64,000 nt of DNA from Candidatus Poribacteria bacterium (GCA_965232235.1 OZ246960.1:1132479-1196478); one strand, 5' to 3'. Positions 40,319-52,105 are shown, numbered from the stretch's first letter. Made by a program: numbers and translations. Notes: a model not told the origin generated them from the letters alone.

Positions 40319-42682
40319 ATGTCAGAAAATTTTCAACGAAAGGGGCGGTGTCGGATCTACCGGCTAAGCCTACTATTTCTTGTCGTATTCTTGAGCATGG
40401 CCGGGAGCAATTATGCGCTTGCCGAAGGTAATGGAGAGCTGCCGCCCGTGCCGGACGCCTGGTGGCTTACGCTAATCGGTTCGATTATCGCCTTGGTGTT
40501 TGCGTTTATTTTTTATAAGTCCGTTATGAAGCAGGATGAGGGAACGGATGTCATGCGCGAGATCGCACAGTCGGTGCGCGACGGGGCGATGGCTTACCTG
40601 CGGCAGCAGTATAAAGTTGTGACAATCGTCTTTATTGTGCTGTGCGTCATCTTCCTCATCATGGCGTTTGGGCTGCACGCCCAAAACAAGGTCGTCCCGT
40701 TTGCGTTCCTGACTGGCGGATTTTTCTCCGGGCTTTGCGGATTCTTGGGAATGAAGACCGCGACCAACGCCTCGGCACGCACAACGAGCGCCGCAATGGA
40801 GGGACTTAATGCGGGTCTGCGAGTCGCTTTTCGGGCTGGCGCTGTCATGGGATTGGTCGTCGTCGGTTTTGCGCTGTTGGACATCGCGGGATGGTTCTTA
40901 ATCCTCTATTACCTGTTCCCAAAGATATTCCCGGGTTTCTTGGGAAGCAACCCTCTGCCCCAAATCACCGTGATTATGTTGAGTTTCGGTATGGGGGCAT
41001 CAACGCAGGCGCTCTTCGCCCGAGTGGGTGGTGGTATCTATACCAAGGCGGCTGACGTTGGCGCGGATTTGGTCGGAAAGGTGGAGGCGGGCATTCCCGA
41101 AGACGATCCGCGCAACCCTGCGGTCATCGCGGACAATGTCGGCGATAACGTCGGTGACGTCGCGGGTATGGGAGCCGATCTCTATGAATCCTATGCAGGT
41201 TCAATCTTGGCTACCGCCGCACTCGGCGTCGCAGCCGTAGCCGCCAAGGAGCACGATAACATCGCGCTCCAGTTGAAGTACCTGTCGGCGCCTATGATTC
41301 TGGCAGGAATCGGCGTGATTCTATCCGTGCTGGGAATCTACATGGTGCGCACCAAAGAAGGGGCGAGCATGAAGCAGTTGATGGGATCGCTCAATTTCGG
41401 TATCAACGGCAGCGCGGTCGGGATTGCTATATTGGCAATTCCGGTGCTGATGTACCTAGATCTGCCGAACAAATGGCAGATTTGGGGGGCGATTGTAGCC
41501 GGTTTGTCCGCGGGTTTGATTATCGGTAAAGTTACCGAGGTCTATACGTCCCACGACTACAGTCCCACGCAAGCGATTGCCAGACAAGCGGAAACCGGAC
41601 CTGCAACGGTAATCATCGAGGGAATCGCCGTGGGCATGCAGTCAACCGCCATTCCCGTGATAACGATTATTGCGGCGGTGGCTGTCAGCTTTTATCTGCC
41701 GGGCGGAGCACATGACACCTTAATGGGATTGTACGGGGTCGGCATTGCCGCGGTTGGAATGCTCGCAACGCTCGGAATTACGCTTGCCACCGACGCCTAT
41801 GGACCGATTGCCGACAACGCCGGAGGCAACGCTGAGATGGCTGAACTCGATCCAAGCGTCCGTCAGCGGACCGACCAGTTGGATTCGCTCGGAAACACGA
41901 CCGCCGCAACCGGCAAGGGGTTTGCCATCGGCTCCGCCGCCCTGACCGCACTCGCACTCCTCGCCGCTTACTTGGAAGAGGTTCGCTACGGCTTGGTGCA
42001 CCTTGCCGGACAAACGCAACTCGACATCCCCGGCGAAGGTCCCGTGGATACCCTGAAGGTGAGCATTTCCCAGTTCATGGCGTACTACAACGTGACCTTG
42101 ATGAACCCGCAAGTCTTGATAGGCTTGTTTATCGGGGCGGTCATGGCGTTCTTCTTTTGTGCATTGACCATGAAAGCCGTAGGACGCGCCGCGGGAGCAA
42201 TGGTGCAAGAGGTGCGTCGGCAGTTCCGTGAAAATCCCGGAATCATGAAGGGTGAAGTAAAGCCGGACTATGCCACATGCGTGGCCATCTCGACCACCGG
42301 TGCGCAGAAAGAGATGATTTTCCCGTCACTGATCGCGATTATCGTGCCCGTGGTCGTTGGGCTCGTCTTCAACGTTGCGGGAGTTCTTGGTCTGCTTGCC
42401 GGCGGACTGGCGACCGGGTTTGTGCTCGCCGTGATGATGGCAAACGCGGGCGGCGCTTGGGATAACGCCAAGAAGTATGTCGAGCAGGGCGCATTCGGCG
42501 GCAAAGGCTCCGATAGCCACACAGCCACCGTCGTGGGCGACACCGTCGGCGACCCGTTCAAAGACACCTCCGGTCCCTCCTTGAACATACTGATTAAGCT
42601 GATGTCGATGGTTTCCGTCGTATTTGCCGGGTTAATCGCCAAATACGGTACGGTCATCGGCGATTTGTTGGGGATGAGTTAA
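40319..42682 (+). CDS. hppA: membrane-bound proton-translocating pyrophosphatase
   Basis: 787 aa, polytopic. Signature 'GGIYTKAADVGADLVGKVE' and 'DNVGDNVGD'. Confidence 0.9.
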   Translation: MSENFQRKGRCRIYRLSLLFLVVFLSMAGSNYALAEGNGELPPVPDAWWLTLIGSIIALVFAFIFYKSVMKQDEGTDVMREIAQSVRDGAMAYLRQQYKVVTIVFIVLCVIFLIMAFGLHAQNKVVPFAFLTGGFFSGLCGFLGMKTATNASARTTSAAMEGLNAGLRVAFRAGAVMGLVVVGFALLDIAGWFLILYYLFPKIFPGFLGSNPLPQITVIMLSFGMGASTQALFARVGGGIYTKAADVGADLVGKVEAGIPEDDPRNPAVIADNVGDNVGDVAGMGADLYESYAGSILATAALGVAAVAAKEHDNIALQLKYLSAPMILAGIGVILSVLGIYMVRTKEGASMKQLMGSLNFGINGSAVGIAILAIPVLMYLDLPNKWQIWGAIVAGLSAGLIIGKVTEVYTSHDYSPTQAIARQAETGPATVIIEGIAVGMQSTAIPVITIIAAVAVSFYLPGGAHDTLMGLYGVGIAAVGMLATLGITLATDAYGPIADNAGGNAEMAELDPSVRQRTDQLDSLGNTTAATGKGFAIGSAALTALALLAAYLEEVRYGLVHLAGQTQLDIPGEGPVDTLKVSISQFMAYYNVTLMNPQVLIGLFIGAVMAFFFCALTMKAVGRAAGAMVQEVRRQFRENPGIMKGEVKPDYATCVAISTTGAQKEMIFPSLIAIIVPVVVGLVFNVAGVLGLLAGGLATGFVLAVMMANAGGAWDNAKKYVEQGAFGGKGSDSHTATVVGDTVGDPFKDTSGPSLNILIKLMSMVSVVFAGLIAKYGTVIGDLLGMS

Positions 42683-42936
42683 TCGGGTTGTTGTATCGTT
42701 TCGCTAAAATTCAAGTGCATAGATTGCGTGGAGCGGAGTGAGAGTCTTTGTCTCCGCGCAAAGTGGGCGGGGCAAGGGGATCTCTATCGTGGTCGTTATC
42801 CACTCCCTTGATTCCCGCCTACGTAGAGTGAGGGTGATACATTCCGAAAGTCACACGCACTATCATTAAAGCGAGATGTTATTGATTTTAGGGGGAGTTG
42901 CAGATGGGGAGCATGTAAGAAAAATCGTGGCAATCA

Positions 42937-42975
42937 CCGCTCGGCGTGGGCATGTCTACGCCGAGCGGTTTTGAT
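42937..42975 (+). terminator. intrinsic terminator candidate
   Basis: CCGCTCGGCGT-(11 nt loop)-CGCCGAGCGG followed by TTTTG. It lies 255 nt downstream of hppA. Confidence 0.5.
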
Positions 42976-43050
42976 TCATGGGACACGATGCAATAGGAAA
43001 GTTGGCAACTTGCACCAGTTCCCGACATTTGCGGCGCATTTTCAACATGC

Positions 43051-43239
43051 TTATTGCGGGTTGTCTGGCGTGGCGTGAGTTTCCAGATGCTTAATAAAGT
43101 TGTTATTTAGTTCTTTGAGTCTCGCGTCAACACCGTTTATGGACCGAGCTAAATCGTCTATTCGTTTATTGAACATGAAGAATACAAATAGAAGTACGCC
43201 CGGCGTAAGAACTATCTCCGCTATCTTCTCCAGATTCAT
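43051..43239 (-). CDS. small hypothetical membrane protein
   Basis: 62 aa with one hydrophobic helix ('LTPGVLLFVFFMF'). No homolog recognised. Confidence 0.25.
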   Translation of the reverse strand: MNLEKIAEIVLTPGVLLFVFFMFNKRIDDLARSINGVDARLKELNNNFIKHLETHATPDNPQ

Positions 43240-43384
43240 TGTAAAGACCTCCGAGGACGGATTTGGTTTCTGAATATACGCAGATTATACCATTTTTGAG
43301 CGAATAGCGCAAGGACTGCCGGAAAAATTACCGTGCGGTTGAATCCGCATCAAACTGCTATATCAACAGGGGTAAATTAACATC

Positions 43385-45064
43385 ATGTCAAGTAAACTTA
43401 AACGCCACAGCTATGTAATCACCGATGGGCCGGATAGAGCGGCGGCACGGGCTATGCTCATGTTCGGGGACGGAGGATTGTCTCCGGAGGACTTGGACAA
43501 ACCGATTATCGGCGTCGCCAATACGTGGATTGAGATCGGTCCGTGCAATTTTCACCTCCGTCGGCTCGCGGCGAAGGTCAAAGAGGGGATCCGAGCCGCG
43601 GGCGGAACACCGCTGGAGTTTAACACCGTCAGCATCTCGGATGGCATCACGATGGGCAGCGAGGGAATGAAGGCGTCACTCGTTAGCCGTGAGATTGTCG
43701 CGGATTCCATAGAGTTGGTGACGCGCGGGAACATGTTCGACGGGGTTGTCGCACTGTCCGCGTGCGATAAGACCGTGCCCGGCACCGTCATGGCGCTCGT
43801 GCGGCTCGATATTCCGTCCCTCGCGATTTACGGCGGCTCCATCATGCCTGGTCAATTTCAGGGGCAGGATGTTACTATTCAAGATGTATTCGAGGCGGTG
43901 GGCAAACACGCCAACGGAACCATAACGGTTGAAGAATTGGATGACCTCGTCGGTAAGAGCTGCCCGGGTCCCGGAGCTTGCGGAGGGCAATTCACCGCCA
44001 ACACGATGGCAACGGCAATCGAAGTGCTCGGCATTGCGCCGATGGGGAGCGGGAGCGTTCCGGCGGTGCACCCTGACAAAGATCAGGTCGCTTTCGAGGC
44101 GGGGCAGCTTGTCATGGACATGGTGGAGCACGATCGCCGACCGAGCCAAATTATCACGCGAAAATCTATCGAGAACGCGGTAGCTTCAATAGCTACGACG
44201 GGCGGGTCAACCAACGGCGTACTTCACATGCTCGCCATAGCGAACGAGGCGGATATTCCATTCGAGATTGAGGATTTCCACCAGATCAATGCGCGTACGC
44301 CAACGCTCGTCGACCTCAAGCCCGGGGGACGTTTTGTTGCCGCCGACTTGCATCAGGCGGGCGGCATTCCGCTGGTGACGCAGAGGCTGCTTGATGCGGG
44401 ACTGCTGCACGCCGACGAACTGACGGTGACGGGGGACACGATTGGCGAAGAGGCGTCAAGAGCGCCGGAAACGGAGGGGCAAGAGGTGGTGTGTCCAATA
44501 TCGGATCCCATCAAGCCAACGGGCGGGTTGGTCATCCTGCGCGGTAACTTGGCGCCGGACGGTTGTGTCATAAAGGTCGCCGCCAGCAAACGAATGGTTC
44601 ACCGAGGACCTGCCCGCGTGTTTGAACGCGAGGAGGATACGTTTGCGGCGATCAAGGGCGGAAAGATTAACCCCGGCGATGTGGTGGCTATTCGCTATGA
44701 GGGACCGGCGGGCGGACCCGGGATGCGTGAAATGCTTGGCATCACCGCCGCGATTGTCGGAGCCGGACTTGGCGAATCGGTTGCGCTCTTGACGGATGGA
44801 CGGTTCTCGGGCGCCACACGCGGGTTTATGGTCGGCCACGTCGCCCCCGAAGCCGCACGCGGCGGACCGATTGCGGCGCTGCGGGATGGCGATATCGTCG
44901 TGATTGATGTAGAAAATCGCCGAATAGACGTGGATTTGTCGGAGGACGAATTGCGTGCACGGCTTGACGCATGGACTGCGCCTGTACCGCTCTACACCCG
45001 TGGCGTGTTTGCGAAGTACGCCAAGAGCGTTTCTTCGGCTTCCGAAGGGGCAGTTACGGGGTAG
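43385..45064 (+). CDS. ilvD: dihydroxy-acid dehydratase
   Basis: 559 aa. Cysteine cluster 'CDKTVPG', 'CPGPGACGG', C-terminal 'GRFSGAT'. Confidence 0.9.
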   Translation: MSSKLKRHSYVITDGPDRAAARAMLMFGDGGLSPEDLDKPIIGVANTWIEIGPCNFHLRRLAAKVKEGIRAAGGTPLEFNTVSISDGITMGSEGMKASLVSREIVADSIELVTRGNMFDGVVALSACDKTVPGTVMALVRLDIPSLAIYGGSIMPGQFQGQDVTIQDVFEAVGKHANGTITVEELDDLVGKSCPGPGACGGQFTANTMATAIEVLGIAPMGSGSVPAVHPDKDQVAFEAGQLVMDMVEHDRRPSQIITRKSIENAVASIATTGGSTNGVLHMLAIANEADIPFEIEDFHQINARTPTLVDLKPGGRFVAADLHQAGGIPLVTQRLLDAGLLHADELTVTGDTIGEEASRAPETEGQEVVCPISDPIKPTGGLVILRGNLAPDGCVIKVAASKRMVHRGPARVFEREEDTFAAIKGGKINPGDVVAIRYEGPAGGPGMREMLGITAAIVGAGLGESVALLTDGRFSGATRGFMVGHVAPEAARGGPIAALRDGDIVVIDVENRRIDVDLSEDELRARLDAWTAPVPLYTRGVFAKYAKSVSSASEGAVTG

Positions 45065-45283
45065 GGTTGTCTGAACTGTGATTCATGGATTCTCTATCGC
45101 CTTCGTTATCCACTCAGTTGATCCCTCCTTATCCAGTCGCTTGAACGTTCGTAATTCACTCCCTTCATCGCTCCGTATCTTGCTGTTTGATGCTCTGGAT
45201 TTGGCAATCCAGAGCGAGCAGGTTGGAGTTGGGTTTCGCTACGCTTTACCAAACCTAGCGGATTAATACGTACATAGTCGGGA

Positions 45284-46255
45284 TTAAGGAACGAAGGTGT
45301 GTGACCGGGTTTTCAGGCTTCCCCAAATAGCCCTTAACTTACTCGCAGGCTCCACCGGTCGTGCAAAACGCAGATCGAACCACGCAGGATGGCTGTCGGT
45401 CGCGGGATTGTTTGTCAGCCTAGTTTGTTTCCCCCCAATGGCACGCATGACGTAGATTTCAAAGTTTCCGTCCCGCCTAGAGACAAAAGCAATCTTCTGA
45501 CCATCAGGCGACCAGGCTGGATAGTCGTCAACCAACTTATTGCTTGTTAGCCTACGCGGGCGCTCTCCATCGGCATCCATGACATAGATTTCTTTGTTTC
45601 CGTCGCGGGTCGAGACGAAGGCAATCTTTTGACCGCCAGGAGACCATGTTGGATTTGAGTCAAATGCTCTGATTTTATTGTTTGTCAATTTCTGTTGATT
45701 GTTCCCATCGGCGTCCATGACAAAGACTGTAGGGCGGCCGCGCCACGTGGCGTGATAGCCGATTTTTTGACTGTCAGGCGACCATGCCGGAGCGGCAGCC
45801 CACGCCTTGACTGTTAACCTGCGCGGCTTGTTCCCGTCGGGATCCATGACGTAGATGTCATTGTTCCCATCTCGACGGGAGTAGAAGGCAATTTTTCTGC
45901 CGTCAGGCGACCACGCCGGACTGGCATCGGACGCTTCATTGTTTGTTAACCTGCGCGGCTTGTTCCCGTTGACGTTCATGACGTAGATTTCTTTGTTCCC
46001 ATCTCGTTTGGAGACGAAAGCAATCTTTTGACCACTGGCAGACCAGGTTGGCTGTTCGTCAGACGCTCCATTGTTGGTCAACCTGCGTTGGTGTTTTCCG
46101 TCGGCGTCCATGACGTAAATCTCATTGTTTCCATCCCGATCGGAATGGAACACAATCTGTGCCAGTTCTGTCTCTTGCGCAGATGGATTTGACAACATCG
46201 CAACGCCGCTTAAGAGTAGGATAGTCGCTAACATCGTAGATATGAACCTCCTCAT
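45284..46255 (-). CDS. periplasmic TolB-like PD40 beta-propeller repeat protein
   Basis: Signal peptide 'MRRFISTMLATILLLSGVAMLSNPSAQ'. Seven 'WSPDGxKIAFxSxRDGNxEIYVMD' repeats. Confidence 0.65.
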   Translation of the reverse strand: MRRFISTMLATILLLSGVAMLSNPSAQETELAQIVFHSDRDGNNEIYVMDADGKHQRRLTNNGASDEQPTWSASGQKIAFVSKRDGNKEIYVMNVNGNKPRRLTNNEASDASPAWSPDGRKIAFYSRRDGNNDIYVMDPDGNKPRRLTVKAWAAAPAWSPDSQKIGYHATWRGRPTVFVMDADGNNQQKLTNNKIRAFDSNPTWSPGGQKIAFVSTRDGNKEIYVMDADGERPRRLTSNKLVDDYPAWSPDGQKIAFVSRRDGNFEIYVMRAIGGKQTRLTNNPATDSHPAWFDLRFARPVEPASKLRAIWGSLKTRSHTFVP

Positions 46256-46319
46256 GCTGACAACCTCCTAGTATTTATACGCCTATTTAGGTTCGACATT
46301 GTACATTAACATTCGTAAG

Positions 46320-46395
46320 GTAGGATCAAGCGAGTGAATAGATCAAACGAACGATCAACTGAGCGGACAGCGAAGGTGATGGAGATCCCATAGAG
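46320..46395. repeat. interspersed word-family copy (tandem)
   Basis: 'GGATCAAGCGAGTGAATAGATCAAACGAACGATCAACTGAGCGGACAGCGAAGGTGATGGAGATCC'. Confidence 0.55.
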
Positions 46396-46413
46396 ACCCT
46401 TCGAATGACAACC

Positions 46414-48315
46414 TTACTTCCCCACCAACATCTTGCGCGTGGCAGTGAAATCACCTGCGGTCAGCGTGTAGAAATAGACGCCATTTGCCACCGTCTCCCC
46501 CATCTCATTCCGCCCGTCCCAATACGCCGCACGCTCGCGGCTCCGATATGCACCGGCTCGCTGGTGTCCGACTTCCAGTTTTCGAACCGCCTGCCCTCTT
46601 ATGTCATATATTGTCAACACCACCTCCGCTGGATGCGCCAGTTGATACGGTATCCATGTCTCCGGATTGAACGGATTCGGATAGTTTGGCAGGAGAAGCG
46701 TAGCTGTTGGCGTTGACGCACTGGCTGGAGCTGAAAGATTCGGCACGTGGTTTGAGTCGCCCACCGCTGTCATTTGCTTGATCTCGCCCCACGTTGCGGG
46801 AGTCGTGAAATCCCACAACAGGATCGTGCCATCCCAACTCGCGCTGGCAAGCCCGCCACTATTGGGCAAGAAGTCAACTGAAGTGACGGGCGCCGAATGC
46901 CCGTCAAGCGTTTGAAGAAGTTCACCGGTGCGGGCGTTCCAGAACCGTATAGAGTTTGTGTTCGTGTCGGCGAGAGGGTGGTCGCCGCTGCCGCTGGCAA
47001 GTAGGCGCCCATCGGGCGACAATGCGGCGGACACGAAATAGTCCGTGTGCGCTTCAAAAGTTTGCAGGACTTCTCCCGAATGCACATCACACAAGAGAAT
47101 AAAGTGGTGACCACGTCGAATAACAAGTGTGGTTCCATCAGGCGAAAACGCGAGTACACCGCCCGTAAGTCCGGGAAGGGTTCTCAACTTCTCCCCGGAG
47201 TGGGCATCCCAAATCTCAACCGCCTCGGCACCACCGACGGCGAGCGTCTTTCCATCGGGCGAGAATGCGGATCTCCCAACCGTGTGCACCAGTGTGCGTA
47301 GATTCTCCCCAGTGCGGGTATCCCACAAACGAATCGATCCTCTGCTCGCAGTTGCCAGCCTGCCCCCGTCGGGCGAGAAAGCTATTGAGTCGACTCCCTC
47401 TGTGTGCCCCTCTAGGATTTGACCCTCCTCGCCGGTGCGGGTATCCCAGAATCTAACGGTATCGTCGTACCAGCCGCCTCCACTCGCAAGCACGTCTCCG
47501 TTGGGTGAGAAAGCCACGCAACCGACCGTGTGTGAATGTCCCTCAAGTGTCCGCTCCTGTTCCCCGGTGCGTGTGTCCCACAACTTAATCCTGCCATCTC
47601 GGCTCAACCTAGGATTCACGCTGTGCGGTCTTCCCGCACTGGCAAGGGTAAGTCCGTCGGGCGAGAACGCGACCGAGCGTACCGGCTCCGCATGACCTTC
47701 AAGCGTATGTGACTTATTTCCGGTCTGGACATTCCACAACATAATCGCACCGTCTCTGCCTCCGCTGGCAATCGTCAATCCATCGGGCGAGAAGGCTATG
47801 GTGTCGACCGATTCCAAGTGTCCCTCAAGCATTCGCTTGAGTTCTACGTTCCACACATCCCATAAACGGATAAGTTTGTCTTCGCCCGCACTGGCAAGCG
47901 TGGATCCATCGGGCGAGAACCGTACCGAGCGAACCGATCCCCCATGCCCTTCAATGGTTTCAAAGAGTGTACCGCTGCGGACATTCCATCCCCGAACCGT
48001 TCCGTCCGCCCCTCCGCTTGCAAGCGTGTTGCCGCTGGGGGAAAACGCGACCGTAAGAACTGAATCCGTATGCCCCGTGAGGAATTTGAGCGCGACGCCG
48101 CTGCGTGCATCATACATCCATATATCTTTATGAGTCGCAGCCGCTATCCGCCTCCCATCCGGCGAATATGCAATCTCGGTTACCGGTGCTTTTCCGATGC
48201 GCATCTTGGCGCGCCCGGGCAATCCCCATCGTGTAGATTCCTGGGCATAACTGCTCCGCAGAAACACGACGGAAACAAACAATAGGCAAAACCTGAAAAT
48301 CCAAGAGGTTCTCAT
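46414..48315 (-). CDS. secreted WD40 beta-propeller protein with T9SS CTD (no dockerin)
   Basis: Signal peptide 'MRTSWIFRFCLLFVSVVFLRSSYAQ', conserved 'WGLPxxAKMRIGK' head, WD40 units, Por CTD. Confidence 0.8.
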   Translation of the reverse strand: MRTSWIFRFCLLFVSVVFLRSSYAQESTRWGLPGRAKMRIGKAPVTEIAYSPDGRRIAAATHKDIWMYDARSGVALKFLTGHTDSVLTVAFSPSGNTLASGGADGTVRGWNVRSGTLFETIEGHGGSVRSVRFSPDGSTLASAGEDKLIRLWDVWNVELKRMLEGHLESVDTIAFSPDGLTIASGGRDGAIMLWNVQTGNKSHTLEGHAEPVRSVAFSPDGLTLASAGRPHSVNPRLSRDGRIKLWDTRTGEQERTLEGHSHTVGCVAFSPNGDVLASGGGWYDDTVRFWDTRTGEEGQILEGHTEGVDSIAFSPDGGRLATASRGSIRLWDTRTGENLRTLVHTVGRSAFSPDGKTLAVGGAEAVEIWDAHSGEKLRTLPGLTGGVLAFSPDGTTLVIRRGHHFILLCDVHSGEVLQTFEAHTDYFVSAALSPDGRLLASGSGDHPLADTNTNSIRFWNARTGELLQTLDGHSAPVTSVDFLPNSGGLASASWDGTILLWDFTTPATWGEIKQMTAVGDSNHVPNLSAPASASTPTATLLLPNYPNPFNPETWIPYQLAHPAEVVLTIYDIRGQAVRKLEVGHQRAGAYRSRERAAYWDGRNEMGETVANGVYFYTLTAGDFTATRKMLVGK

Positions 48316-48785
48316 CGATTGACGCTCCCTTCCGGCAAGCCGTGAATTACTTCGTGAGTTCAATAGTCAAGCGGGGTCAAAATATTTCCAGCACAAGATG
48401 TTAACGGTTAAATTAACGGCGATTTGGTGGACTTCTCGCTAAGTATTTAACCTAAGTCGCCACCTTTGTAGCACGATCTGTTAGATTGTGCTTGTGATGC
48501 GCAAACTGACAGTTCGCGCTACGAAATATCCACAATTAATGAACTATTCTCAACCAAAAACAGTGGTGCATGTCCAAAATCTTGTAAGTGGCAACTTGGG
48601 TTACTTAATAAAAGTAAGGAGGTCGCGACCTGGAGATCGCTCCTACGGACAGGTCGAGTGTCATAAGGCAGTTTACGGCACACGGAGTGTGCCTACTACT
48701 TTGAAACGTTATTATATAGACTTAGCGAGAAGACCATTTAGCCGGATTCTGTAAAATCCGATCACGGTGTAGGAACGTCTGAAAT

Positions 48786-49349
48786 CTATCGCGACGCTTC
48801 AATCCTTTCTTCGCTGAATGCTTCGTCGACCCACTCTAAAATCCGCCATTCGCCGTCTCTCAATTCAAAGACAAACAGATTATCCCCCTCGGCATACCAT
48901 CCAGTATATCCGCCCTCGAGCGAGACGCCGTCCGCCACGAAGCCTTGAATCCTATAGTGGACTCTGACGTCAGCCCTGTCGCGAGCTGCGTTTAACTCCA
49001 CCTCGGGCGGCTCTTCCAACTCAATCTCGATGTCTTGGTACAATGCGAACACGCGAACCGCCGATTCTCGCTCTTCGCGGATATCATCAAACGTCACATC
49101 ATCTGTCGTGTCGTCTGGTGTACCCATATCCGAGGCATAACGGAAGCCGTCCGCCCAGAAGACATTCATGTATGCATCAATATCTTCAGTTTCATACCCG
49201 GTACGCCACGCTCTCAACGCCTCCTCTATTGCCTCGATTTCTTGAGATTCGGGCGTACCGACCGTACCAACCTCCCCGCAACTCAAAATGCATGAAACCA
49301 TGAGAATCGTGAGTAGTAGAATGCCTGTTCTGGAAAATGCGTTAAACAT
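48786..49349 (-). CDS. hypothetical lipoprotein
   Basis: 'MFNAFSRTGILLLTILMVSCILSCGE' signal with cysteine. 187 aa, acidic. An NTF2/SnoaL-like fold is possible ('YMNVFWADGFRY'). Confidence 0.35.
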   Translation of the reverse strand: MFNAFSRTGILLLTILMVSCILSCGEVGTVGTPESQEIEAIEEALRAWRTGYETEDIDAYMNVFWADGFRYASDMGTPDDTTDDVTFDDIREERESAVRVFALYQDIEIELEEPPEVELNAARDRADVRVHYRIQGFVADGVSLEGGYTGWYAEGDNLFVFELRDGEWRILEWVDEAFSEERIEASR

Positions 49350-49585
49350 GATTGAAAACCTCCTTAAGTTCCAAATGTCAGAATTTTGAAGAAAATGGTA
49401 ATTTCCGATTGATAAACATGGTAAAATTGAACTAGTAAACAGTTGTCTAATCGAAGAGATGTCCATGCACCGCAAGACCCATCCGCGACTCATATGGATT
49501 TGCGGCGAGCGCCGGAAATCTCTTTCTTCCGTTTCCAGTAGCGTTGATACTCTTCATATTTTTGGCGCGAGGAGTAGAACCAACC

Positions 49586-51832
49586 CTATCTGCCGACCAA
49601 CATCTTTCGCGTCTCCGTAAAATCACCCACGGTCAGCGTGTAATAGTAGACGCCGTTCACCACGGTCTCGCCCTGCTGATTCCTGCCGTCCCAATACGCC
49701 GCACGCTCCCGACTTTGATATACCCCGACAGGCTGATGTCCCACGTCCAACGTCCGAACCGCATGTCCCTTCGTATCAAATATGGTTAACCATACCCGCG
49801 CTGGACGCACCAATCGATACGGTATCCACGTCTCAGGATTGAACGGATTCGGGTAGTTTGGAAATAGTGCAGGGGCTATCGGAGTGAGAGGCGTGACTGA
49901 CGGTGACAGCTCTAACAATTGCCTCGTCCCATCGACAATTTCCTTCTGTTTAATATCGCCCCACGTTGTGCCAAATCTCGTTCCCCACAGCAATATTGTG
50001 CCGTCGTTACTCCCGCTGGCAAGCGTGAAACCATCGGGCGAGAATGCTAAGGAGGTGACAGCTTCCGTATGCCCCTCAAGGGCGTACAATTCCGCCTCGG
50101 TGTGTGCATTCCACATTCGAATCGTCTGGTCGTCGCTCCCACTGGCAAGTGTGAAACTCATTGGTGAGAACGCCACGGAAGTAATTTTGCCCGTATGCCC
50201 CCCAGAAAGAAACCACAATCGCCCGGTGCGAGAATCCCACAAACGAATACTCCCGTCCTCATAGCCACCGCCGCTGGCAAGTATGGAACCGTCGGGCGAG
50301 AACGCTACGGAACGTACCTCCCGCATCTGCTTCTCAATACCATATCGTGTTCCATCCTTCGTATCCCACAGACGAACTGCCGCCCCGGCGGTTCCCCCGG
50401 CAATTGTGGACCCGTCCGGAGAAAACGCGATCGACAGAATCTCGTCGCCGTAATGCCGTTGCATCCACAAGTGTTCCCCGGTGCGCGCATCCCACAGACG
50501 GATCGTTTCGTCACTGCTCCCGCTGGCAAGCGCGGAACCATCGGGCGAAAATGCCAGACACAAAATGACTTGGGTGTGCCTTTCAAGCGTCTGCAGATGT
50601 TCGCCGCGGTGCGGATCCCATAAACGAATCGTGGCGTCGCCGCCGCCGCTTGCAAGCGTGAAACCGTCCGGAGAAAACGCAACGCAATAGACGTCTTCCG
50701 TATGTCCCTCCAGCGCCTGCACGAGTTCTCCGGTGCGCGCGTCCCACAAACGGATCGTTGCGTCACCGTTCGCACTGGCAACTGTAACCCCATCAGGTGA
50801 GAACGCTACGAAACGCACCTCGCGCGTATCACCTTTAATCGTCCCCCGAAGTTTGCCGGTCGGCACGTCCCACAATCGAATCGTGTTGCCCGAGCTCGCA
50901 CCTGCGAGCGTTAGGTCATCGGGCGAAAACGCCACCGAATTAACTGCAAGTCGATGCTCGTCGAGAGTGCGCAGACCTTCCCGCTTATGGACATCCCACA
51001 ACCGAATGGTGTTGTCCCCGCTCGTACTGGCGAGGGTTGTCCCGTCGGAGGAGAACGCAACGGAGCGAACTTCCCATTGCCCCCCAAGGGCGCCCAAATA
51101 GTCCCCGGAGCGCACATCCCACAAACGAACCCTTTTCAAGTCGCCGCTGGCGAGCATTTTTCCATCAGGCGAAAATGCGACCGATAAGACGCCGGAGTGT
51201 CCCTCAAAAGTACCCAGGTGCTCGCCCGTGCGGGGGTTCCACAAACGAACCGTGTTGTCGTTCCATTTACTTCCACTGGCAAGCGTGACGCCGTCGCGCG
51301 AGAACGTCAAGGCGAGAACCGCGCTCGTATGTCCCTGAAGGGTGCGCAAGCGCTCTCCGGTGCGAACATCCCACAGAGGAATATCCCTGCCGTCTCCTGC
51401 AGCCAGCGTCGAACCGTCGGACGAAAACGCGACCGAAGTTATATGATTCGTGTGCCCCTCGAAGATCGTTAAGGGTTTCCCGGTGCGAACATCCCACGTA
51501 CGAACGGTGTTGTCTCCGTCAGCTCCGCAACTGGCAAGCATGGCGCCGTCCGGCGAGAACGCTGCGCTCCGTACGGGGCGCGCATGCCCGCTGAGCAAGT
51601 TGACTTCGGCGCCTGTGTTCGCATCGTATAGCCATGTCCCGATGCTACTCCCAACTGCGAGCAGGGTCCCGTCCGGCGAATATGCGATATTGCCTGATAT
51701 CCAACCCTTGCCGAGTCTAGCTTTTGCGCCATCGGGCAATCCCCAGCGGGCATGGTCTTGGGCAAAGCTGGTCTGTAGAAACAGCGTATAAGCGAACATG
51801 ATGCTGAGTTTGAGGAACCGAAATCTTCTCAT
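49586..51832 (-). CDS. secreted WD40 beta-propeller protein with T9SS CTD
   Basis: Signal peptide 'MRRFRFLKLSIMFAYTLFLQTSFAQ'. About 16 WD40 units. Por CTD 'LFPNYPNPFNPETWIPYRL'. Confidence 0.8.
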   Translation of the reverse strand: MRRFRFLKLSIMFAYTLFLQTSFAQDHARWGLPDGAKARLGKGWISGNIAYSPDGTLLAVGSSIGTWLYDANTGAEVNLLSGHARPVRSAAFSPDGAMLASCGADGDNTVRTWDVRTGKPLTIFEGHTNHITSVAFSSDGSTLAAGDGRDIPLWDVRTGERLRTLQGHTSAVLALTFSRDGVTLASGSKWNDNTVRLWNPRTGEHLGTFEGHSGVLSVAFSPDGKMLASGDLKRVRLWDVRSGDYLGALGGQWEVRSVAFSSDGTTLASTSGDNTIRLWDVHKREGLRTLDEHRLAVNSVAFSPDDLTLAGASSGNTIRLWDVPTGKLRGTIKGDTREVRFVAFSPDGVTVASANGDATIRLWDARTGELVQALEGHTEDVYCVAFSPDGFTLASGGGDATIRLWDPHRGEHLQTLERHTQVILCLAFSPDGSALASGSSDETIRLWDARTGEHLWMQRHYGDEILSIAFSPDGSTIAGGTAGAAVRLWDTKDGTRYGIEKQMREVRSVAFSPDGSILASGGGYEDGSIRLWDSRTGRLWFLSGGHTGKITSVAFSPMSFTLASGSDDQTIRMWNAHTEAELYALEGHTEAVTSLAFSPDGFTLASGSNDGTILLWGTRFGTTWGDIKQKEIVDGTRQLLELSPSVTPLTPIAPALFPNYPNPFNPETWIPYRLVRPARVWLTIFDTKGHAVRTLDVGHQPVGVYQSRERAAYWDGRNQQGETVVNGVYYYTLTVGDFTETRKMLVGR

Positions 51833-52088
51833 CGATTGATTCTCCTCGCTGCCACGCTTAAAGCCTGTTTGAACAACCGGTGGCAGAGCCATTATTGAAA
51901 TATTGCAGGAAGTTTTTTCAGGTTTCTTCTTGTATGCTACAAGCCTGCGGGATCTCTATCGCACTCGCTATCCACTCGCTTGATGGATCTGTAAGGGATT
52001 TCTATCGCCTTAATATCTCTATCGTGTGCCCTACCCGGTCACCTGATCTATCCGTTCAGTCGATCTCGTCTAGGGGCTTTTAAAGGCT

Positions 52089-52105
52089 GGTGGGCAGTGC
52101 CCACC
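52089..52105. repeat. GGTGGGCAGTGCCCACC palindrome copy
   Basis: Second copy of the 30-nt conserved box. It sits beside repeat-family words at 51940-52080. Confidence 0.5.

Noticed and set aside
48737-48755. Hairpin CGGATTCTGTAAAATCCG as terminator of the 48786-49349 gene
   Set aside because: Short 6-bp stem with no U-tract on the relevant strand.
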